Virus record (IMG/VR): IMGVR_UViG_3300013093_000022
Coordinates: 62,514 to 126,513 of that record
Direction: 5' to 3' (one strand)
DNA length: 64,000 nucleotides
Source of the DNA: a virus
Below the pieces are notes generated by a model. The model did not search any database. It saw nothing but the letters and a program-made list of their open reading frames with translations, and was not told the DNA's origin. A program made the translations under genes and the position numbers. This document shows positions 35,130 to 44,171 of this stretch, piece after piece (the stretch's first letter is position 1; the number at the start of each line of letters is the position of its first letter).

Positions 35130-38100
35130 TCAGAAGAAGAGGGCGCTGTCGGTGTCGGGATCACTGGCGGAAATCCGACGGGTGCTCGCCACGCGCTGGT
35201 TGGCGAATCCGACCGGAATCCCTCTGGTCCCGCGAGAGCCTGCTGCGGCGACCTTGCGTGCGGTCTTCTTGCTTTGCTTGCCCTGGTCCGCGACGACCGC
35301 CTCGAGGACACGGATCCGGTCACGAACAACCGGCGAGCGAAGGGTTTCGAACCGGGCGGTCAGAGTCCACCGGTCCTTCTCCGAGTAGGTACCCGGGTAG
35401 GCCTTGATGTAGGCGTCGGCCAGACGAACGGCCTCCACACCCGTGGCCAGCTTCCTGGACTCCTTACCCTTGTCGGGTGCCCAGGTGCCCGCGTTACCGT
35501 CCACGACATCGAGGACCGGGTCAGCGAGCTGGTCACCGGCGTTGTGCGCGAAGTCGCTGAGATCGAACTGCGATGCCTGCGCGTCTGCGTCGGTAACATT
35601 CTTGACAGGAGCCTCGACGTCGATCCGGTCCTGTGGTGCCGCCACGCTCAAAGACTCGTCCTGAGCCCTGCGTTGACGCATATTGCCTCCCTCGAACTTG
35701 CGGGCCTCGGCCAGAACGTATTCCAGCGTCGGGAACAGTGTGGCCAGCTTGGCCTGCGGGTTCTGCCACCGGGCCGAGTACGAGGCGGCGGCGCGGCGGA
35801 TGAAGTTGGCGTTGCGGTGCTGGCGTGCAGTCCGGCCGGTCGCCTTGTGGAGCCACGAGTCGAAGGCCCGGAAGGCGTGGATGGAGGCGTCCTTGGGCTG
35901 GGTTTCGACATTGTCCAGGGCCAGCGAGTCGAAGTCGTCGCCCGCCAGTTCCTGGACGTCGGTGCCCGACAGTTCGGGGTCGACGGTCGTCGGGTCCTCA
36001 AGTTCCTCGGCGTAGAAGTAGCGGTTGCCTCGTTTCACGACAGGAACGGCGGCCGCCTCGTAGAAGGTGCGGCCGTTGAAGTTCGGGTGGTCGGCGGTGA
36101 GCATGGCCACCATCTTGCGGGCCATCGCGCCGCGCTGGGCCGGGGGCAGGGCGCGGACCACGTCGGCCAGGCGCTGGTAGTGGCCCGGGTCGAACTGGGG
36201 CCGGCGCGAGGCCACCAGGTTGTTCTCGGTGTTCGAGATCGGGGAGTCGCCCTCGACCGGGGCGGCCACCGCCTCGGCACCGGGCACCTGGGAGATGAAC
36301 ACCTCCTCGGAGTTGCCCTGGCTGTCGTCGATGCCGTACGGGCCGCCGTCGGTGTGTCCGCTGTCGTCGGCCATGAAGTGCCGCCCCTTGGCGGTCCGGC
36401 TGGCCAGTGTGGTGCGTCGCATGGTGCCTCCTCGCTTATTGCCACGCGAACGTGCGCTTCTCACAGGATCGGCGTAGAGGTAACCAGATTCCTTCTTGTT
36501 GCCTCCATCAAGGTGGTCGTCAACAATGTCCTTAATGCCGTCCATAGTGTCGGCAGAGTGCATGCCTTTGCCGTCAAGCATCACGGAGTACATTCCGTTG
36601 CCGCGATGCCGAGAAATGGAATGATCGCGGTAGGATGACCCCGATTCATCGTCACGATAATCGAGGGCAGCCCTACGGCGGGCTTCCATCTGCTGGCCGT
36701 CGGCACCGGCGTAGTCCTCGTCGTAGTCGCCCATAGGGTCCGAGTCGTCGTCACCGTCGTCGTCGTAGTCGCCCCCGTCGCCGTCCTCAAGGCCCTCTTC
36801 GCTCTCAAAGGCCTCGATGTCGCCCTCGGCCTCGTCGAGCAGCGACTCGATGTCCCCGCCGCCCATCTCCGGGCCCATGTCCTCGCCACCCATGTCGGGG
36901 CCGCCCTGCTCATCCCCGTAGCCCGGGTCCTCGTCGCCGTAGCCCTCGTCGCCGCCGTAGGCCTCGTCCTCGGGGCCCGCCTCGTCGCCGTAGCCTTCGT
37001 CCTCGTCGGCCGCGTAGTAGCGACTCATGCCTACTCCTTTGGTGGTCCGTCTACCCTTTTTAAGTTCCGGGGGGTTGATTGGCATTACAGGGTTGTTTTT
37101 TTTCTTACCGCTCGGCATTGCCACCTCTTCGGCAGATTCCGAATTGCGGTCGTCGTCGAGGCCGCCCTTTTCCTGGTCGGCGTCCAATTTGTGGGAGCGG
37201 TCCATCGACGGTGCCCGCAATTCCATCGGGCTCTGCACCCAATGGTGAAAAAGGTCGGTGTCGTCGTCCGACTCGTCGCGCAAAGTGTCGATGTCCTCGG
37301 GGGCCTTGTTCTTCAACAGGCGGGGCAATTCGGCCTTCTTGTACCAGTGGGCCATGAAGTCGCCCTTTCTCTTCGCCTTCTTGATGGTCGCCCCGTACAG
37401 GGCCCGCAGGTCCTGGTTCGGGTCCCACTCGTCGACACCCAGGTTCTTGGCCCCCAAGGCGTTGCGGTACGAGGCCAGCGCCTGTTCCTTGGCGTGGTCG
37501 GCGCTCTCGGCGTGCCCCCAGTTGGAGGGCCTGTAGTCAACAATGTGCGGGTTGTGGGGGTGCGGGCCCCCCTCCTCGTGGACCCACTGCCAGCGCGAGT
37601 CGGGGAAGGTCTCGTCCGGCGAGAAGACCGACAGCCGGTGGCCGCCGGGCAGGACCGCCACTGAGTGGGCACCCGACTCGTCCGAGAACTGGACGTCGTC
37701 GACGGCACCGGCCGACCTGCGGTTCGCTGAGATGACCCGCGACACGACCGCCGTCTCGTCGGCCGGGTCGAACACGTAGCTCAGCTCGAAGAAGCCCAGC
37801 TTGTAGCACTTCTCGTACACCAGGGTCCGCTTCCCGGTCTTGGCGTTCTTCATGTGCTCGCCCTTGTGCAGCAGGATGTGGTCGCACATGTTCGACTCGT
37901 CGGTCGCCCTGTGGTCGCAGACCGAGCAGATCGTGAAGCCCGCCTCGACGCCCATCGACACCGAGTCCAGGCCGCCCGACACGATCTCGCGGGCCAGCTT
38001 CGGGAACCGGACCGCGTCGGTCTCCATGATCGTCTCGACGTATCGGTCGGCACCCTTCTCGATGTAGCGGGCAGCCACCACCACCCCGCGCGCCCTCTCG

Positions 38101-38360
38101 GGATCCTCGTTGCCGTGGTTGACGAACACCGGCTTGCCGACGAACGTCTTGTAGTACTTCTTCAACTGGCTCGACGGCCAGGCGTCGTAGTTCTGGTTCA
38201 CCCGGGCCGAGATCGCCCTCACCTGGGTGTACACGAAACCCGGTTTGGCCTTCCACCCCTCGGCGGCGGCCCCGGCCTTCCGGTAGTCGGCCACCAGCCG
38301 GGTCGCGTCGTCGCCCGAGAGGGAGGCCCCGACCTTGGAGGAGCTGATCCTGCGCTGCAC
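35130..38360 (-). CDS. capsid maturation protease fused to scaffold-like polyprotein
   Basis: N-terminal TFVGKPVFVNH...SVSMG...FFELSYVFDPADETA prohead-protease motifs with a Zn insert; very acidic C-terminal modules. Confidence 0.8.
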   Translation of the reverse strand: MQRRISSSKVGASLSGDDATRLVADYRKAGAAAEGWKAKPGFVYTQVRAISARVNQNYDAWPSSQLKKYYKTFVGKPVFVNHGNEDPERARGVVVAARYIEKGADRYVETIMETDAVRFPKLAREIVSGGLDSVSMGVEAGFTICSVCDHRATDESNMCDHILLHKGEHMKNAKTGKRTLVYEKCYKLGFFELSYVFDPADETAVVSRVISANRRSAGAVDDVQFSDESGAHSVAVLPGGHRLSVFSPDETFPDSRWQWVHEEGGPHPHNPHIVDYRPSNWGHAESADHAKEQALASYRNALGAKNLGVDEWDPNQDLRALYGATIKKAKRKGDFMAHWYKKAELPRLLKNKAPEDIDTLRDESDDDTDLFHHWVQSPMELRAPSMDRSHKLDADQEKGGLDDDRNSESAEEVAMPSGKKKNNPVMPINPPELKKGRRTTKGVGMSRYYAADEDEGYGDEAGPEDEAYGGDEGYGDEDPGYGDEQGGPDMGGEDMGPEMGGGDIESLLDEAEGDIEAFESEEGLEDGDGGDYDDDGDDDSDPMGDYDEDYAGADGQQMEARRRAALDYRDDESGSSYRDHSISRHRGNGMYSVMLDGKGMHSADTMDGIKDIVDDHLDGGNKKESGYLYADPVRSARSRGNKRGGTMRRTTLASRTAKGRHFMADDSGHTDGGPYGIDDSQGNSEEVFISQVPGAEAVAAPVEGDSPISNTENNLVASRRPQFDPGHYQRLADVVRALPPAQRGAMARKMVAMLTADHPNFNGRTFYEAAAVPVVKRGNRYFYAEELEDPTTVDPELSGTDVQELAGDDFDSLALDNVETQPKDASIHAFRAFDSWLHKATGRTARQHRNANFIRRAAASYSARWQNPQAKLATLFPTLEYVLAEARKFEGGNMRQRRAQDESLSVAAPQDRIDVEAPVKNVTDADAQASQFDLSDFAHNAGDQLADPVLDVVDGNAGTWAPDKGKESRKLATGVEAVRLADAYIKAYPGTYSEKDRWTLTARFETLRSPVVRDRIRVLEAVVADQGKQSKKTARKVAAAGSRGTRGIPVGFANQRVASTRRISASDPDTDSALFF
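36432..36466 (-). promoter_or_regulatory. intragenic late promoter CTGTGA-N20-AATAAGCGA upstream of in-frame ATG 36422
   Basis: Bipartite motif immediately followed by GAGGAGG RBS. Confidence 0.6.
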
Positions 38361-38363
38361 GGG

Positions 38364-41300
38364 CTACCCGTCCTCGTAGTGGGTGCCCCGCAGGTCGAGG
38401 CTGCCCAGGTTCCGGGCCCCCTTCGGGTGCGACTCGTCCTCCAGCTCCCGCTGCTCGGCCGGGGTGTAGTTGCGTCCCGCCGTGCGGAGCATCTTCTGGG
38501 CCGCCGCAGCGATCCCGTCGTCGCTGTGCGACGGCTCGTCGAGGAACCCGCCGCCCGAGGCGTGGAAGCGTCGAACCACGTCCGAATCGTCGAGGCTGGC
38601 GGCTTTCGGGACGGCTTTGAGGAGTTCGGTGATGGGCTTGCCCATATTCGCGACACCTCCCCCTTCACCGTCCTCCTCGTCGTCTTCCTCTTGGTTCTTT
38701 CTCTTTGGCCCGACCTCGCCCAGGCCGACGTCGCCCTTGTCGTAGGCGAGGTTCTTGGGGTTGTTCGGGTTGAAGTAGCCCCGCTCGCCCCCGTCGAAGG
38801 CGTCGGCCTCGTACACGAGCGAGGCACCCTTGGTGTTGCTCAAATCGCCGACCGTGTGGCCGCCGGACTGCTCGGCCGCCGACTCAAAGCCGCCGTGGCC
38901 CAGGCCCTCACCCGACCCCCCGGCGCTCAAGTGACCGGCCGACACCCCGCCCAGGGACCCGTAACCGGCGTCGCCCGAACCGGCGAAGTCCCCGTTGGCA
39001 CGGACACGGCGCGACTTCTTCTGCTGGGGCAGCCGCTCGCTGTACACCGTGACGTCGCCGTCGCAGTCGGTCATCCAGGTCTCGTTGTGGCGGGGCCGCT
39101 CATGCTCCTTGACGTAGTCCTCCGACGTCGTCGACCACTCCTGCCGGTTGGGCCCGGAACCGGCGAACGAGTAGTCCATCCAGTTGGGTCCGCCCTTGGT
39201 CAGGAAAGCGCCGTCGGCCTCGAAGTACATCTTCGCGAACCTCTGCGGGTCGCTGCTGCCGTGGAACAGGTGGGTCAGCCCGGACAGGGCGCTCCCGATG
39301 CCGCTGCCGATCGAAGGGATCAGCGACGCCCCCTCGCCCAGCAGGGTCGGGACCATCGACATCATGTTCGCCGCACCGGCACCGCCGCCCATCTGGGGGC
39401 GCTGCCTCTGCTGGTCGGAGTCGGTGCCGCTCGGGGTGCCGTTCGGCTTCGGCGGGGCCATCGCCGTCCCGTTGTTCCCGTCGTGGGTGCCCTGCATGGG
39501 GCCGCTCGGGATGATCTGCTGGCCTTGGGCGTTCGTCGTCGGCTTCCGGGGCGTGTTCACCGAACCGCTCGGCGGTGCCACCGACTTGTAGGCCCCGCCC
39601 TGTCCGCCCGGGGTGCCGGGGGCGTTCGGGGCGGTGCTTGAAGCCGCTGCGGCGGCAGGCTCGTCGTCGTCGTCGGCACGCTTCCACAGCGCGGCCTGTT
39701 TCATCGCGACCAGCGGCGAGGCGTCGAAGCCACGCTCGTGGAGTTCGTCGACGACGTTCCTGACCTCGTCGTTGTGGTCCCGGCAGTCCTGGAAGTGGTC
39801 CGACGGCTCGTCGTTCGACAGGTCGCGCAGCCTGTTCAGCAGGTCCTCGTCGGCGACCATCTTCAGCGACGAGAAGTGGACGATCCCGTCCTTGGGCATG
39901 TCCTCAATGCCCTCTGCGTGCCATGCGAAAGCCGGGTGGTGCTCGGTGATCTTTCCCTTGGCGGTCCGGCGGGCGTCCTTGCCCCACTGCTTGCGCTCGT
40001 GTTTGTGCTGCTCCCATTCGGGCAGGGCCTCGTAGCCTTCCACGGCGTCGGCCCAATTGTTCCTCTGCTGCTTGGACCGCCAGTCGTCGGGGTCGCCCAT
40101 GTAGTCTCGGGGGTCGCCGGTCGCGACCCCACCGGCCAGTTTGCGCCGGTCCCGGCGGCGGGCGTCCTTGACGTCGCGCCCGGGGGCTTGCCGGTCGTTT
40201 CCAGACTCCCCCTCGTAGGGCAGGGGTGCGTACTCGGTGTGGTCCACCGGTGCCCCGTTGCAGCAGTCGGTCACCGGGTACTCGTGGCCTTGGGCGTAGG
40301 GTCCGCGCTCGTCGTAGTTGGGCTCCTCGTACTCCCAGTGGATCGGCGGTGCCGGGGCCCCGCAGTTGTCGCACACCTCGTGGTTCCCGGCGGTGTCGGG
40401 CATCGGGTCCTCATAATCTGAGGGGTCGAGGTCCTCGGGGCGGGGGTCGGCACCCGGGCCCAGCAAACCGGCCCGGCGTCGAGAGGCCATGATCTGGTCG
40501 GGGCCGGTCGTCTCCCGGTCGTCGCCCAGGTCGGTGAAGTAGTGGTTCTGCTCGTCCGACAGCTCCGGCACCCAGTACAGGTTCGGTGTCAGCCGGTGGG
40601 GCTGGTGCTTGAGGACGTCGGCCTTCTTCTTGTAGGCGTCGTCGGGGTTGTTGCCGTACCCGTCCTGGTCGTAGTCGCGCTCCCATGACGGGGAGCAGCC
40701 CGAGTCCTTGCCCTGGACGAAGTCGAAGACCTGCTCGGCCTGCTCCCGGGTGGCCGGCTCCTCCAGCGAGGTCAGGAAGTTGTCGGCGGCCGTCATGTCG
40801 ACGTGGTTGTCGTTGTTCTCCTTCGCCCACGACTTGAACTCGTCGACGACCGACCCCTTGCGCTTCTTGAAGTGGTGGGGGTTGGTCTTGGCCTGCTGGG
40901 ACTGCTGGGCCAGGTAGGTGGCGTAGCCGTGGGAGCACAGGCGGCCGACGAACGTGAACTTGCGCTTGAAGGCCCACTTGCCCCACTCGCAGCCGCACTT
41001 CCAGTTCGCGATCGCCCTCTTGCCGCCCGAGAAGCCGCCGTTCGGGTAGGCGGAACCGTTGAGGATCATCACCTCGTAGGTGGCGTGGTCGCCGTCGACG
41101 CTGGCCAGGATCGCGTTCGAGTCGGACGCCTTGACGTGGACCCCGCCGTCGCGCAGGATCCGGACCGCCTTCTGCCGGACGTCCTTCCAGGCTGCGGTGC
41201 GGATCGACCTGTCGGCCAGGACCAGGTCCATCCACTCGCCGGTCTCCCGGTCGAGCCCGGCGTCGAGCTCCATCGAGCCCTTGCGGACGATCGCCCCGTA

Positions 41301-42461
41301 CGGGTCCTGCCGGAAGCGGCCGACCTCGCTGTGGTCGGGGGCGTCGGGGATTGAGGCGTACCTGTCGCCCAGACCGGCGGGCCGCTCCCATTTGGCCTCG
41401 TGGTGGGCGAACGGGTCGTCGCCGTGGTCCTGGTGCTCGACCTCGCGCCGGTTGCCGCAGTCGTTGCAGCGGACCGTGGTGTCGTCGCCGAGAAGCTCCT
41501 CGTCCTCGTGGTCGCACGTGTCGGGGTCGTACGGGAAGTGGTCCTCCTGGACCCGATCCGGGCCCTCGCTGCGGAGCCGGTGCTCCAGCCGGGCGGCGTC
41601 CTCGTATTCGGGCGAGTTCAGGTCAACCTTGTCGGGGTTGAACAGGTCGAGGGGGACGATGCCGCCCGACTCGTGGAACAGTGAGCTCTCGTGGTGGGTG
41701 TGGCGCTCGTCGTCGTAGGCGGCCTTGCCGGTGCAGTAGGGGCGGCACTCCTCGCCAGCGTCGGCACCGCACGCCCCGCAGGGCTCGTCTTGGTGGGCGG
41801 CGTCCTTGGCGAAAAGGTCTTTGTGCAGGTTGAGTTCCTGCTGACGCTTTTTATTCCACTCCTGCTGCCGGGGACTGTGCTCCCGGACCCAATCCGGGTC
41901 GTCCTCGGGGTCAACCTCAAAACCATCTTCGTCGTGGTAGGCCGCGTCCTTGGCGAACAGGTCGGGGTTGGGGCCCGGTCCCTCAGGCTCGTCGCGCCCC
42001 TCACCGGTACGGGAGTCGGTCCATTGGGTCCGCTCGTCGGCGTCGATCTCGTGGTCGGGGGAGATCGTCTGCTCGTCGCGGAAACCGTCGACCGGGTACT
42101 GGGGGGTCCAGTCGTAGGGCAGGGTCGTCGAGTTGTCGAAAACGTGGCCCGACGGCTCGAAGCCGAAACCGCCCGACGCCTCGCGCCGGGTGCCGTGGAT
42201 CGCCCAAGCGTCCCCGCCGTGGTGGCCGCCGCCGAAGTGGGGCTCCTCCATCGGGGTGCCCGGGGTGTGCTCGGCGTAACCGGCCGCCTCCATCTCGGGG
42301 GCGTACGAGAACAGGTCCTCGCCGGCCGTGATGATCGCCGGGTCGGTGGCGTCCATCCACATCTCGAACCCGTAGCCCGCCACCTTGTAGCGGGTCTTCC
42401 CCATCCGGCCGCGCTCAACGCCGACGATGTCGCCGTCACCGAACTGAGTATGAATGGTCAC
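38364..42461 (-). CDS. large modular acidic head-associated protein with SWIM zinc finger
   Basis: 1365 aa; WKCGCEWG...LCSHG; several Cys4 mini-modules; many basic-x-Ala motifs. Confidence 0.8.
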   Translation of the reverse strand: MTIHTQFGDGDIVGVERGRMGKTRYKVAGYGFEMWMDATDPAIITAGEDLFSYAPEMEAAGYAEHTPGTPMEEPHFGGGHHGGDAWAIHGTRREASGGFGFEPSGHVFDNSTTLPYDWTPQYPVDGFRDEQTISPDHEIDADERTQWTDSRTGEGRDEPEGPGPNPDLFAKDAAYHDEDGFEVDPEDDPDWVREHSPRQQEWNKKRQQELNLHKDLFAKDAAHQDEPCGACGADAGEECRPYCTGKAAYDDERHTHHESSLFHESGGIVPLDLFNPDKVDLNSPEYEDAARLEHRLRSEGPDRVQEDHFPYDPDTCDHEDEELLGDDTTVRCNDCGNRREVEHQDHGDDPFAHHEAKWERPAGLGDRYASIPDAPDHSEVGRFRQDPYGAIVRKGSMELDAGLDRETGEWMDLVLADRSIRTAAWKDVRQKAVRILRDGGVHVKASDSNAILASVDGDHATYEVMILNGSAYPNGGFSGGKRAIANWKCGCEWGKWAFKRKFTFVGRLCSHGYATYLAQQSQQAKTNPHHFKKRKGSVVDEFKSWAKENNDNHVDMTAADNFLTSLEEPATREQAEQVFDFVQGKDSGCSPSWERDYDQDGYGNNPDDAYKKKADVLKHQPHRLTPNLYWVPELSDEQNHYFTDLGDDRETTGPDQIMASRRRAGLLGPGADPRPEDLDPSDYEDPMPDTAGNHEVCDNCGAPAPPIHWEYEEPNYDERGPYAQGHEYPVTDCCNGAPVDHTEYAPLPYEGESGNDRQAPGRDVKDARRRDRRKLAGGVATGDPRDYMGDPDDWRSKQQRNNWADAVEGYEALPEWEQHKHERKQWGKDARRTAKGKITEHHPAFAWHAEGIEDMPKDGIVHFSSLKMVADEDLLNRLRDLSNDEPSDHFQDCRDHNDEVRNVVDELHERGFDASPLVAMKQAALWKRADDDDEPAAAAASSTAPNAPGTPGGQGGAYKSVAPPSGSVNTPRKPTTNAQGQQIIPSGPMQGTHDGNNGTAMAPPKPNGTPSGTDSDQQRQRPQMGGGAGAANMMSMVPTLLGEGASLIPSIGSGIGSALSGLTHLFHGSSDPQRFAKMYFEADGAFLTKGGPNWMDYSFAGSGPNRQEWSTTSEDYVKEHERPRHNETWMTDCDGDVTVYSERLPQQKKSRRVRANGDFAGSGDAGYGSLGGVSAGHLSAGGSGEGLGHGGFESAAEQSGGHTVGDLSNTKGASLVYEADAFDGGERGYFNPNNPKNLAYDKGDVGLGEVGPKRKNQEEDDEEDGEGGGVANMGKPITELLKAVPKAASLDDSDVVRRFHASGGGFLDEPSHSDDGIAAAAQKMLRTAGRNYTPAEQRELEDESHPKGARNLGSLDLRGTHYEDG

Positions 42462-42479
42462 AGACCCTCCCAGATATGC

Positions 42480-42515
42480 TCACCTATTGAGCAGGGGAGA
42501 GGCGCGAGACTACAG
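42480..42515 (-). promoter_or_regulatory. putative late promoter CTGTAG-N21-AATAGGTGA
   Basis: Best match to the consensus. Confidence 0.7.
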
Positions 42516-42551
42516 GTTTACGACGCCGTTTCCCCCGACGGCGCTCGCCCC

Positions 42552-43331
42552 CTAGTCGAAACTGATCGGCAGGGTGTCGGGCACCAGCTCGACCAGCAGC
42601 CGCCGGAAGCCGTCCATCGTCACCCGGGGCTGGGGCACGTCGAGGACCAGTCCCCCGGTGTTGGCGTCAAGGTGGCTCTGCGGCAGGACCGACATCCAGC
42701 CCCGCTCGATCGCCCACTGCATCACCCGGTACCGCCTGTCGCCTCCCCGGCCGATCCAGTTCCGGCCCTCCAAGTGCTTGAACAGCCTGTTCTGGCCGAC
42801 CTTGATCCCGGCCCGGGTCAGTGCCTGGGCCGTGTCGCGGACAGACATGTCACCGCTGGCGTTGAGGATCCTGTCGGCCACCAGGGCCCGGGGCCTCAAT
42901 TCCTCGACCTCGGCCGCCAACTCCTGGACCCGGCGTGCCGTGATCGACAGGGCCCGGTGGACGATCTCGTCCTCGGTCAGCGCGGGCCGGGGGTCGCCGT
43001 ACCGGCCTGTCCTGCGGATGGCCGGGAGAACCTCGCCGGTGATCCAGCGCCGGAAGCGGACCGCCTCGGGCTTGTCGCTGCGGATGACGACCTCGTACAT
43101 GCCCGACTCGGACACGATGACCGTCTGGCGCATCTGACCTCGGGCATTCTCAACCTCAGTTTGACTGAGGTTCATTGCATCAAGGCGGTCGGCGACCATC
43201 GACGGGTTGCCGATGTTCAGCACCGCACACAGGTCGGCCAGGACGAACCACGGGTCGCCGTCGACGAGCAGGACACGGACCTGGTGGGTGTCGAAGACGA
43301 ACCCCTCAAGATCGGCGGGGCCGACGCTCAC
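42552..43331 (-). CDS. BRO-N / KilA-C phage antirepressor
   Basis: DGDPWFVLADLCAVLNIGN, VSESGMYEVVIRSDKPEAVRFRRWITGEVLPAIRRTGRY, GQNRLF. Confidence 0.92.
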   Translation of the reverse strand: MSVGPADLEGFVFDTHQVRVLLVDGDPWFVLADLCAVLNIGNPSMVADRLDAMNLSQTEVENARGQMRQTVIVSESGMYEVVIRSDKPEAVRFRRWITGEVLPAIRRTGRYGDPRPALTEDEIVHRALSITARRVQELAAEVEELRPRALVADRILNASGDMSVRDTAQALTRAGIKVGQNRLFKHLEGRNWIGRGGDRRYRVMQWAIERGWMSVLPQSHLDANTGGLVLDVPQPRVTMDGFRRLLVELVPDTLPISFD

Positions 43332-43846
43332 GCCGTCACCCCCTTACGGGCGACCAGTGCGGACAGCTCCGCCCGGCCGATGGCCGGGTCGGCGATCACG
43401 GCGCGGGCGAACGCCTTGAGGGCGTCGGCGGCCTCGTGGTACTGCTTCCAGCCGCAGGAGAACAGCACGTCGTGCTTGTCCTCGCCCCCGTAGGGGCCGT
43501 AGGGCTGCACGTCGGCGGTGGGGCACCCGTTGATGCAGATATCGTCGGAGTTGCGGTGCTCGTAGGCCGCGAACGTCCAGCCGCCGACCGAGACCGTGAT
43601 GCCGTGCTCTCGGCAGTTGTCAAACGTCCCGAAGTCGAGCAGCTCCTGCTCGCGGTAGAACTCGTCCAGCAGGCCGGCCTCCCCGAAGACACTGGAGGAG
43701 ATGCGGACGTTCTCGTTGCCCGCCGCGATCTCGTCGCGGGTCTCCAAGGTTCCCAAAGTCTCGGGGAGCAGCTCATGGAGCCTCTGGGCGGCGGCGTGAC
43801 GCTGGTCGATCAGGGCGGTGAGGGCGGAGGCGAATGTGTTGGTCAT
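43328..43846 (-). CDS. hypothetical protein
   Basis: 172 aa, leaderless ATG 8 nt after an ECF promoter. Confidence 0.75.
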   Translation of the reverse strand: MTNTFASALTALIDQRHAAAQRLHELLPETLGTLETRDEIAAGNENVRISSSVFGEAGLLDEFYREQELLDFGTFDNCREHGITVSVGGWTFAAYEHRNSDDICINGCPTADVQPYGPYGGEDKHDVLFSCGWKQYHEAADALKAFARAVIADPAIGRAELSALVARKGVTA

Positions 43847-43854
43847 AGCCGGGT

Positions 43855-43882
43855 CAACAGCGCACGCCCCGACACTATTCCC
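43855..43882 (-). promoter_or_regulatory. ECF-sigma-type promoter GGGAAT-N18-GTTG
   Basis: Identical spacing to the other copies. Confidence 0.75.
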
Positions 43883-43898
43883 GGGGTCGGGGAAACTT

Positions 43899-44162
43899 TT
43901 AGGCGGCGGCGGGCTCCTCGCCCGGCAGGGGTGCCACCAAAGCGCTCGTCACCGGCACGCCCTCCGAGTGGTCGCTGACCTCGCGGGTCACCCACAGGTA
44001 GCGGGACGTGAAGTCGGGCTCGGGCCACTCCAACTCGACCGCCGTCTTCGACAGGGCCACCCGCATGTTCGCCCGGCCGTCCGGCGACGAGAAGTCGTGG
44101 CCACGCCACGAGCCCCAGAAGATGCCCCCATTGGGGCACTGCAGACCGTATTCCAGCATCAA
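43899..44162 (-). CDS. hypothetical protein
   Basis: 87 aa directly after the portal; start at 44162 or 44159. Confidence 0.65.
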   Translation of the reverse strand: MMLEYGLQCPNGGIFWGSWRGHDFSSPDGRANMRVALSKTAVELEWPEPDFTSRYLWVTREVSDHSEGVPVTSALVAPLPGEEPAAA

Positions 44163-44171
44163 AGACCCTTC

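Noticed and set aside
37095-37105. A AAA AAC slippery heptamer in the protease gene (the -1 frame stops about 12 codons later)
   Set aside because: More simply the A-rich upstream element of the internal promoter; no stimulatory structure or downstream ORF. Not excluded
38643-38665. Possible internal start (GGGGGAGG, 10 nt, ATG 38645) in the 1365-aa ORF
   Set aside because: Purine-rich Glu/Gly codons mimic an RBS, spacing is long and there is no promoter motif
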